The position numbers were made by a program, and so were the translations under genes. DNA of 64,000 nucleotides, taken from contig NW_027271077.1 in assembly GCF_040938485.1 (NCBI RefSeq), positions 186,001 through 250,000 of the forward strand, given 5' to 3'. Under the pieces are notes generated by a model. It worked only from the letters and a program-made list of their open reading frames with translations. It did not search any database and was not told where the DNA came from. This DNA comes from Diadema antillarum. Lineage: Eukaryota. Below are positions 39,108-49,240 of this stretch, piece by piece (position 1 is the stretch's first letter; each line of letters starts with the position of its first letter).

Positions 39108-42100
39108 TATAATCTTTCTTTAGTCTTTCTCTTTCTGGTCGTCAGTTCGTCTCTCTATGCATGCCTCTCTATATATTTGCCTAGGCAAGAACAGATTGGC
39201 GCAGGATGTGAATCGAGTGGGTTGGAATGGACCCAGGAGAGGTTCGACTCTGATTGATCTTCTACTGCGCTAGGTCAACCGGGGACAGTCCCAGGAGACC
39301 ATCAAGGCATTTCGATCAGTGTGGAATTATTACACATCGGTTACAATTTCACGTCTGCCTCCCTTCAAAGGACGATGCATCAGTAGGAATTTGAGATTTT
39401 CAGACTCTCGCTCTGTCGGTTTGTGATTTTGTAGGAACAGGGTATAGCCATGCGAGGATTGTACATAGGTATGTCTGCATGGAACGACTAGAAAAATCAT
39501 GGCATTGTGTAATCCCCGTAAACATGAAGTGGACTTTCCGCCGAAGACATTTCTGTATTCAGACAGACGCTCCTAATCAATAGACTAAATTTGCCACTGT
39601 ACAGTGATCGCGCGATTGCACCGTAATTTCTGTTTACATGGCCTCAGGGGGTTGAATATTCAGTAGTCACGCTAACGCAATATAGAAATTGAAAATGGCT
39701 CGAGAATGTCATACATTGTAATATGAACTGCCGTATTGTTCTCTAACAAATAAGCATGAACATACGATCCCATGTCCATAACGCAAGAAGAGAAAGATAT
39801 GCTTTTGGTTCGCACAAATGCAAATTTACTGGATATATGTGGCAAAATACGGATCGAGGTAGCTTGTCAAATACAAATTTCGATCCATTGAATAGTAAAG
39901 CATATTTACTCTTTGTGAATTCATGCAGCTATTGTATATCCGATCAGACTTTATTCCGTAAAATGTTATTCAATGGAGCTATGCCTTCATGTTGGGTGAA
40001 ATACACGGAATGTTGATAAAGCTTTGTTGGATGAAACACTATAGCCTCTACATACAATCTATACATGCGGTATTAGATGACGTGTTCCGGTATTTAATGA
40101 ACCACTCTGCTTTGCTTTCTATCGTATTGTTTTGTTTTTCAAAAACGATTAGCTAATGTCAGTCGTTGAAAGTGAAAAACAAGTCGCACGTTCTGTTTGG
40201 ACTCCAAACAGCCAAACATGAGCATTAGCAGGAAGCACGCCCGGCGGTGTAGGGAGCAAAGAGCACAAAAATAAAACAAACATACTAACCGGAGGGCCAA
40301 ACCCCAAAAAGTCGCTTACTTAACGAGTGAGTTGCACTCTTTCTACAAACTAAGTAGACCATGCTTATTTTCAAGTTTTTATTGTAACAAACAATATTCC
40401 ACTGGTCTACCTAAAAAAATTTGTTGCGAAAGCCTCCAAATCCAAGATGGCGTCCAAGATGGCCGCCATATTTACTGAATTTGTTATTTGAATGATAGAA
40501 TTCGATAGAAACATCAGATTTCAACAAATGTGATGTCATGTGAAAGAGAATAAAATTTTCTACAAGTTGATACCTTTTTTGTGGGTTATTATGATAACTG
40601 GATTGAGATTTTAAGGAAAAAACACTCATTTTTTGATATTTTTCTGAAAAAAGGAAAATCATGAAAATGCTTGATTCAGCATAAATCAGAGAAAGACTGA
40701 AGGATGATCTTGAAACATTTCAAGAATTTTGTTTGACATATAATTAATATTTGAAGAAAATTAGGGGTCAGTACCGTTTTTGGTTCAGGAGTTATAATGT
40801 CTCAAACTTGAAAACTCACTATGTAAAATGGCCACTTTACTTGTGACAAGACCTTGTTGGTCGTAAAAAAAGCCTGCGCGCGCCAAGACTACTACACGCA
40901 CCACTGCCACTGGCGCGTGTAGCAGTGCCGGTGGTGCGTGTAGTAGTCTTGGCAAACGCAGACTTTTTCTTTGACAAACAAGAGTTTGTGCCTGCAAACT
41001 AACTTTTCATACCAAGTGGTAGCTCAGGTGACGCTGATTGCTATTATTTCAAAGTAGATTGTTCTGATGCAGATGAGATGAAGCAAAAATATCTTTCAAA
41101 TAGAGGTAGAAGCTTGAAACAACCTTGCTATAGAAAGTTTAAAACAAAATTTGGATCAATCACTCAAAAAATTCAAGATTGCTGGCCATCAAAGCTGACA
41201 TAGTGTATTGCGCCAAAATAAATGTATCATTTCGATTTTGATACAATTTTGTCTGTTTTGCTGTCTATTTATATGGCTTTTATATATTCTGAACATTTTA
41301 ATGCCATTTCAAACCATCTTAGGTTTTTATGGAGACATTTTACAGAATGCACCATGAATATTTCTCTAAAAAGTTTAAAAAAAGATTAAAAATGTTTATG
41401 AAAACCATGCAGAAATTAACATCTTTCCCATATAATCAATATTTGGAGAAAATTAGAGGTCAGTATTGTATTTGGTTCAGGAGTTATAATGTCTCAAACT
41501 TGAAATCCCATTTTACATAATATGTTATTTACACGCATCTGTTCCCAAAGACAGAGGGTCAAATCCAAGATCGTGCATACTTTTCGAGTTCCACTCTCTC
41601 TATAAACAAGACCATACATAATGATTAAGCATACTAAGCAATGTTCCGTAAGTACACCTCAGTAGATTTGTTGCAAGTACAGATGCGGTCCAACAGGGCC
41701 GCCATTTTATTGAAATTAACATTTCAAACATAAAATTTGATAGAGAAATTGGATTGCAACAAATTTGATGTCATATGAAGAAGAGTAAAACTTTCTAAAA
41801 GTTGATACCACTTTAGCTGTGTATTGTGATAAATTGGGGGGGGTGCTTCTCTTTTTTTGGGGGGGATCCATATTTTTATATTGTTTTGAAAAAAAGGAAG
41901 AAATGTAAAAATGCATGATTTAATATTTATCAAAGAAGAACTGAAGAATTATTTTGAAACCTGCGATTGAGATTGAGATTTACTGAGATTGAGACATAAT
42001 TCATATTTCTGGAATTACAGGCAATATCATACACTGTTGACAAGTTAACATCTAAAACTTGAAAAAATTATATTTATGCATTATAAATTTTGCTTACAAT

Positions 42101-43355
42101 GTGTTTACATGGTCACATGTAATACTGAAATTGTCTAGTGACTTGCAAGTACCTGCAAACTAACTTTTCATGCCAAGTGGTAGGTGACGCTGGTCGCTAT
42201 TACTGTAGCATTTCATCATAGTAGATTGTTCTGAGGCAGATAAGATTGAACAGAAAGTATTTTCCAAAAAGAGATAGGAGCTTAAAATTTGGCACAAATT
42301 TTGCCAATGTGTAATATTTAGCGATAAAAATAGTATTCACACAAAATTCAAGATGGCGGCAATTAATCGAGGTTTTCGTTCAAGGCCTTATTTACCATTG
42401 TGCACGTAAAACAAAACCCAGCTTTACTTAATTCCTCAAACTAGTTCTAAACTGTGAGTTAGGGATTAATGTACAAACTTAAATCAGTATAATTAATGAT
42501 AACTTGTTAGATATACTAAATAGTTCTGATAAGAATGTTTTTTTTTATGTCAACAGTTATCATGGTTATGGTTTCTTGAAAAGAAATGGTGATACCTCCG
42601 TATGTTTTAGGCTTTATCATAATTTTTTTACATGGTAGAATGTTTTGTAATACAACTAATAACCTGCACATATAAATCGAATGTGATATCTCTCCCAATG
42701 GTAAACAATACCTTTAGTGTGCTGCGTCAAAGTTAAATCTCAACTTATAACTTATAATTTGATATGTTTTTTTTAAATCTTCTTATATTGCTGTCTATTA
42801 CATGTTTCTATACATCCGAACGATATTGTACTAGTGTAAACTATATTGAGGGTCTTTTTTTTGGGGGGGGGGGGGGTGGAGCTCATTCCAGTGTTCGGGT
42901 AAGGCCCAATCTTTGATAAAAAAGAAATGCTTCTGTATCAAAGATATGCTTTTTTACTTGTATGTTACTCTGCTGTTGTAGAAACGTGAATGATGATGGT
43001 TTATGTGTAATAATGTCTGATCCGTAGATGTCCTTGAAAGCCTTTCTGATCCGAACCCCCTCCCCCCCAAAAAAAAATCCAACATGGCGGCAATTTCTCA
43101 ACTTTGCTCTTAAATGTGTTGTGCGAAATTACTTTTCAGTATATTGTTCGAATAGAATTGTCCAAATTGATTATTCGTGTTGGATATTCACATTTACAAA
43201 TAAGCATGCTGAAACTGTATTTTCCGTTACAATCAGATTTTTCTTACATTGTTTTTAGGCTGATTTCATGTGGGTTATAGTGTCACAATTGATCTGAACT
43301 TATGCCATTGGTAGATGCTTTCCTATATTAGATATCAGGATCACTCGAGAGTGGA

Positions 43356-43626
43356 AATGTTCATTTTCATTCATTTTAGAGTGACCTCGGGGATCACTCG
43401 AAGAGTGACGAGTGATCCCTAAGGCAGGGCTCGACACTAACGGTGGTCCGGTGGCCCGGGGCCACAAAAAACGCACGTCGGGCCACCAAAATGTCAGATA
43501 TGAAGAATTTGGTGACCTGATCGGGCCACCAAAAAAGGTCGGATATTTGCTTTTGGGCCACCAAATATAAAAGTTAGTGTGGAGCTCTGCCTAAGGTCAC
43601 TCTAAAATGAGTGAAAATGAACATTT
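43356..43626. mobile_element. Palindromic repeat nested in the large foldback and itself interrupted by a MITE
   Basis: AAATGTTCATTTTCATTCATTTTAGAGTGACCT on the left is complementary to AGGTCACTCTAAAATGAGTGAAAATGAACATTT on the right. An inner stem reads GGATCACTCG...CGAGTGATCC. Confidence 0.75.
43425..43589. mobile_element. MITE with 17-bp TIRs and a 7-bp target duplication
   Basis: TIR CAGGGCTCGACACTAAC vs reverse complement CAGAGCTCCACACTAAC (15/17). CCTAAGG is duplicated at 43418-43424 and 43590-43596. Confidence 0.85.
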
Positions 43627-44772
43627 TCATTCAAAAGTCACTCCAATTTCACTCTAAATTCACCGTTTTCTGTTATCAAAAGTAAAAACTTCCACTCGAT
43701 TTGTTTTTTTTTTTCTTTTTCGGAGAGTAAAATATCACTGGTTTAAAAAATGTGTCCATAAAAACTTAAGACGGTTTAAGATAGCACAACAGACAAATTT
43801 GTATCAAAAACGAAATAATACATTTAATTTGGCGCAATACACCATGTCAACTTTGATGGCTGTCATCTTGATTTTTTTTTTGAGCGGTTGATCTAAATTC
43901 TGTCTTAAACTATCTATAACAAGATTGGTGCCAAGTTTCAAGCTACTACCTCTATTTGAATTTTTTTTTTTTTTGCTTCATCTCATCTGCTTCAGAACAA
44001 TCTACTTTGAAATAATAGCGATCAGTATCACCTGTATGAGCTACCACTTGGTATGAAACGTTAGTTTGCAGGCACAAACCCTTGTCTGTCAAAGAAAAAG
44101 TCTGCATTTGTCAAGACTACTATACGCACCTCTGGCACTGCTGCGAGCGCCAGTGCCAGTGGTGCGTGTAGTAGTCTTGGCGCGCGCAGACTTTTTTACG
44201 AACAACAAGGTGTTGGTCACAACTAAAGTGGCCATTTTTACATAGTGAGTTTTCAAGTTTGAGACATTATAACTCCTGAACCGAAAATGGTACTGACCCC
44301 TAATTTTCTCCAAATATTGATTATATGTCAAACAAAATTCTTGAAACGTTTCAAAATCATCCTTCAGTCTTTCTCTGATTTATGCTGAATCAAGCATTTT
44401 CATGATTTTCCTTTTTTCAGAAAAATATCAAAAAATGAGTGTTTTTTCCTTAAAATCTCAATCCAGTTATCACAATAACCCACAAAAATGGTATCAACTT
44501 GTAGAAAATTTTATTCTCTTTCACATGACATCACATTTGTTGAAATCTGATGTTTCTATCGAATTCTATCATTTAAATAACAAATTCAGTAGATATGGCG
44601 GCCATCTTGGACGCCATCTTGGATTTGGAGGCTTTCGCAACAAATTTTTTGAGGTAGACCAGTGGAATGTTGTTTGTTACAATAAAAACTTGAAAATAAG
44701 CATGGTCTACTTAGTTTGTAGAGAGAGTGCAACTCGACCTCTGTTTTTAGCTTTTGGCCCCCCGGTTATACA

Positions 44773-44810
<38 letters not shown>
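44773..44810. repeat. (ACAG)n microsatellite abutting the right end of the large foldback
   Basis: Directly visible. Confidence 0.95.
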
Positions 44811-45876
44811 TGTTAGACAACGGCGTAATCCTGTAAGAGAGCTGGTTGAGAAGATGGTGTTACTGCGTCACATTATTCTGACAGTGGGTGGATTGTAGAA
44901 AATGCTACTGACTTCCACTTACAGATGTCAGCCATAGCAGTTTTACTTCTTTTTTTCTTTTTCTTTTTTTTTTTTTTTTTGGGGGGGGGGGGGGGGGTAT
45001 CCATTTGTTGTTGGGTTTTTTTTCCCTGGACAGTCGTGTTTGTTTGCTCGCCTACTCTTTTATTGCAGTTTTCAGCCAATCAAGCGAACTGGCGTCCCAT
45101 AGCGTGTTATACGAAGGAGGTATTCACCTGATAGGCCTACCTCCTTGGTTAAACTATGTAATACTATAATCACATTTAGTGCACATCAATCAATATCAAT
45201 CAATCAATCTCATCACCCAGGAGAACGCGTTGTATAACTTAAATCAACGTATAATGTATAGAAACAATTGCTCTCTACAATGTGTACCTTTTATGGACAG
45301 GTATACGAAGAAACGGCAAGAAAATAGGGACTTGATAGAAGGAATTGCCTTCTGGCTTCGTATAAACTTGGTAAAATCTGCCATGAGTGCGTTCTGTGGC
45401 TTGACGTAAGTTATTTGCTTAGGAAATAATGTGTGTTTTGTAACACGACATAATCAATGGTAAGAAAGAAAATATTGCGAACTTCGGATGAATGAAATTC
45501 GTGACCACAGGAAGTGCAAAGGTTTACAACTTCCGTTGCGTGTCATGCTTGTCTCGTAAATCATGCTATTCAATCCAACTTACACATCAATTTGATGTCG
45601 TCGGAACTTACGTCACTTTGTTGCATTGGGGAAAGAAAAATCCGCAGAACAGTTTTCCCACCATTAAAGATGCTCTGCTGGGCCGGTAAAAACAAGAATT
45701 ATGGCAATTCAATAGAGGAAGCAACATAGACACTATGTGTGGCATAGGCCTACACCGATTTCATGCTTTCATATATTCATTCATTTGCAAACCAAGATCC
45801 ATTGTCTAAAGGCATATATTGACGTGTCCCTTTTATAAATTAATCTATCTCGCTATTTGTCTAATATACATGGATT

Positions 45877-46136
45877 ATCATCAAAAACAAAACTGAAGCA
45901 AAATTCATGCTGTATTCACCAACAGTTTATTTAGGCACACAAATTTTCGAGCGATTGCTCTTTCTCAAGAGTTGATACTCAGAGAACAATAAAAATTCAA
46001 TTGAATTCAGTTCAATTCATTGTTATTCTCTCAGTATCAACACTTGAGAAAGAGCGAATCGCTCGAAAATTTGTGTGCCGAAATAAACTGTTGGTGAATA
46101 CTGCATGAATTTTGTTTCAGTTTTGTTATTGATGAT
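45877..46136. repeat. Near-perfect 260-bp palindrome (foldback, no TSD)
   Basis: The ~115-bp arms ATCATCAAAAACAAAACTGAAGCAAAATTCATGCTGTATTCACCAACAGTTTATTT... are complementary to ...AAATAAACTGTTGGTGAATACTGCATGAATTTTGTTTCAGTTTTGTTATTGATGAT. Confidence 0.9.
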
Positions 46137-46185
46137 TTTATCACGCCAACACGTGGACAACTTACTCAATTTTGTGTATATAATA

Positions 46186-46230
<45 letters not shown>

Positions 46231-46290
46231 TATACACTCTGTATATATAATGTTACATATATATGAATTTATAATGCATATATTATATAT

Positions 46291-47477
46291 ATAGTGCATG
46301 AGACTGAATGCACTATAACAATATAAGCACCGACAAATTCTGAATTTGCCCCGAAGGTCAGTTATATTCAATGAGGCCGCAGGCCGAATTGAATATAACT
46401 GTCTGAGGGCAAATTCAGAATTTGGAGTGCTTGGTACTTGTTATAGTGCAATAAGATGTCATGCACTATGTGTTATATAAAATAGCATACATACCCAGGC
46501 GAACCATACGAAAGGCTAGATCACTTAAGATTCTAACATGTTATACGTGCATGCCGTGTCTAGACAATACCAATTACCAGTTTCTTTGAACCTGTGTAGA
46601 CAAAATCCTGAAAATCCAAATTCAACTATCGAGTCTAGGGTCAAGATCTAGATCTTACAGTGCAAGTAACAGTACGATAGGTTAGGACCAACGTTAGATC
46701 TACGAGTGGAACGTAATGAGACCAAATAGGTCTATGGATGTAACACGTTAGAGTGACGCCCTACTTACTGCACTGGGTCCATGACTAGGACTAACGCCTT
46801 ACAATTTGTTAGATGATGTATTGTAGGATTAGGGATCTACTGGATTTAAAAACAAGGCTCGTGCCAGGCATTGTAGGCGTTGACTTTCACTTTGTGTAGC
46901 AAGTCACCATCATTGTAGTCACCATTGCTGAAAATTTGGATGCCGAGAGTGTGTTGTAGAAGTTCATAGCGTGTAGCGTGATCAAAGAGCGCTTAGCGTA
47001 TACCGTACATACGCTGCCCATCTACGGGGCACTTCCGCGTAGAATGTACGGAGAAAGCAGCACAAATCTTGGGTTGACTTGCTTAATATCCGTCGGATTG
47101 ATTCCTTCTTCAGAACAGTAGGAGTCTAAAATTCGTAGGGCGTATTTGATGACATCCTTTGTTTTCTTTGTGTCCTTATCTATAGATCAGTCTCTGTAAA
47201 AGTAGCGAACCTGCTGTTGTTTTCAGCTTCCATGTTTAAATCTACCGCTGAAAGCTAGTCCCACACAGATAAGTTGCTGGCATAGCCAGCGAGAATCGAG
47301 AATAACGATAATATCGAGCAAAGCATATCGCGGTTGTGGCGCAATCGCGTCGATAAGATGCGGGATTCAAGTACTCGATGATAAAAGTGAGGGAGCAAAA
47401 ACCGATAGTCACATCGATAGTGGGTTATCGTTTGCAATCGTTATATTTTGCGTGCACTATAACTTTTGTCATGCACT
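46291..47477 (-). mobile_element. Crypton-like (tyrosine-recombinase class) non-autonomous element
   Basis: A 179-bp terminal hairpin at 46291-46469 has the core TATATTCAATGAGGCCGCAGGCCGAATTGAATATA. The motifs TGCACTATAAC and GTCATGCACT recur at 47453-47477. A decayed recombinase-like frame lies inside, and (TA)n flanks both sides. Confidence 0.65.
46960..47233 (-). pseudogene. Frameshifted fragment resembling the N-terminal region of CryptonA/DUF3504-type tyrosine recombinases
   Basis: Stitched translation: MEAENNSRFATFTETDL / DKDTKKTKDVIKYALRILDSYCSEEGINPTDIKQVNP / DLCCFLRTFYAEV / DGQRMYGIR*AL. This follows the RFA...KD.K.T...AL..F.....E.G...L..FLR.FYAEVR.KDG..Y....IRYAL pattern I recall for this family. 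Three frameshifts and one stop; no catalytic motifs seen. Confidence 0.65.
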
Positions 47478-47504
47478 GCCGGCCTGTATCATAAGTATGT
47501 ATGC

Positions 47505-47505
<1 letters not shown>

Positions 47506-47585
<80 letters not shown>

Positions 47586-47597
47586 AAGAAAGAGAGA
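47506..47597. repeat. Compound (TA)n(GA)n microsatellite
   Basis: Directly visible. Confidence 0.95.
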
Positions 47598-48358
47598 TAA
47601 TAGCTAAACGTAGAGAAGATTGATTTAATGTATCAGTGGTGTATCATGATTTGAAATAAAAATCAGTTTTTTGCAATGTTCGCTTGTTTTTCATAATTTA
47701 GTTATTAGTAAAAACCGAAGTATTAGATATTTATTACAAAGATAATGTATGCAACAAATCCATGATGTTCATTCTCTAAGTTCAACTGAATTACTGCCTT
47801 TAAAAACTTAACCCATAGAAATCTAAAATGGAAATTATGCCGCATCATGCTGGTATTTTGTGTAATACTATGCTGAATGGCCAATTTACATCCACTGACC
47901 CTTCAAATAAACACATTTCTGGGATCTTTTAACATGTGTTTAATCACATTTACCATTCTTGATTTTAGATGATGCCCAGCTTATTCATTATAAAACTTCA
48001 GTCTGATTCAAGTTGTCATACTCATTGCCTTGACATTAAAAAAGCTTCTGTGAAAACATGAATATAATGGTTACACAGCTTACATCTGAACAAAATACCC
48101 CTTTTTGTCCCGATAAGTAGAAAACATAACGAATCATTTCCTACCTAATGGCTTCCAAGATTTGATTCACAAGATTATATGTCTTCCGAACGAATCAAAG
48201 GAAAGCAACGAAATTTCGACATAATCGTATGTATCGATACTTCAACTTATTTTAATGTGAAGGTACAAATCATTCAATTAGATATCGATTTATTTTATTT
48301 ATTTATTTTTTTGGTTAAGATATATTTTATGAAAGAAAGATATTCAGAGGGATGAAGG

Positions 48359-48593
48359 TTCAGGCGCAAGTTTCTTCACTTTGTCTCCCTCTACAAATTA
48401 GATTTGTTAAGATCACAACTGCTGATCTGTGAATTAACAAACATGTCGGAAAAAAGGAACCTGTGGGTTCGAGTCCACAGGTTCGAGTCCCACTGGTTCC
48501 TTTTTCTGACATGTTTGTTGATTTACAGATCAGTTACGATCTTAACAAATCTAATTTGTAGAGGGAAACAAAGTAAAGACACTTGCGCCTGAA
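48359..48593. repeat. 235-bp palindrome with tRNA B-box-like sequence at its centre
   Basis: Arms TTCAGGCGCAAG...CCCTCTACAAATTAGATTTGTTAAGATC... are complementary to ...GATCTTAACAAATCTAATTTGTAGAGGG...CTTGCGCCTGAA. The centre has GGTTCGAGTCC twice in tandem. Confidence 0.85.
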
Positions 48594-49133
48594 GATATAT
48601 TTTGCTGGGTTTGTTTCAAGTAGCAAGTGCATTCTCTACTGAGTGCGTGTGTGTGTGTGTGTGTGTGCGTTTTAAGAAACATAATTTTACAGATTGATGC
48701 AGGGTTGTGTAGCAAATACAATTTATTCACATCTGGAATTACTGATTTAGTATAAGGATGACTTCAGCATGCCGTCACACAAATATTCCTGTACATATCA
48801 GCTTTACCATGAATTGTGTAGAGATACCGTTTGCTCTTACAGTGGCGCGGGCAAATTGAACCCAAACGGCCATCATTCGTATTCAATCCGTATGGTTTCT
48901 TTCACTCAAGTTTCGCTCCGCCGTATCATGTTACTGATCACACAGGTTGCAACTATTACATAATACATCCGCGCTCAGATGTGACACGGAGTGTGCTTGT
49001 ATTGGAGACCAGCATTCTCAAATTACGTCCATATCTTCGCAAGATTTCGCGCGTTGTCCAACGCTGTCTCTGTACGATGCACTTTGTACAATCTTGTGTA
49101 AGAAAGGAGGTAGTATATTTGTTTGGACCTAAT

Positions 49134-49162
49134 GTGTGTGTTTGTGTGTGTGAGTGCGTGCG

Positions 49163-49206
<44 letters not shown>

Positions 49207-49240
49207 TGAATGTGCATGTATCTGTGTATCTGTGTGTGAG
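49134..49240. repeat. (TG)n microsatellite
   Basis: Directly visible. Confidence 0.95.

Larger units (their letters stand above)
40286..44768. mobile_element. 4.5 kb non-autonomous element with ~1 kb inverted arms
   Basis: 40286-~41270 is the reverse complement of ~43780-44768. The ORF track gives near-identical spurious peptides at 40411-40662 (-) and 44402 onward (+). Termini are TAACCGGAGGGCCAAA / TTTGGCCCCCCGGTTA. No transposase ORF inside. Confidence 0.85.

Noticed and set aside
40411-44836. Pair of near-identical peptides (MIFLFSEKYQK...) suggesting a duplicated gene
   Set aside because: They are chance translations of the two arms of an inverted repeat, with no transposase or other motif.
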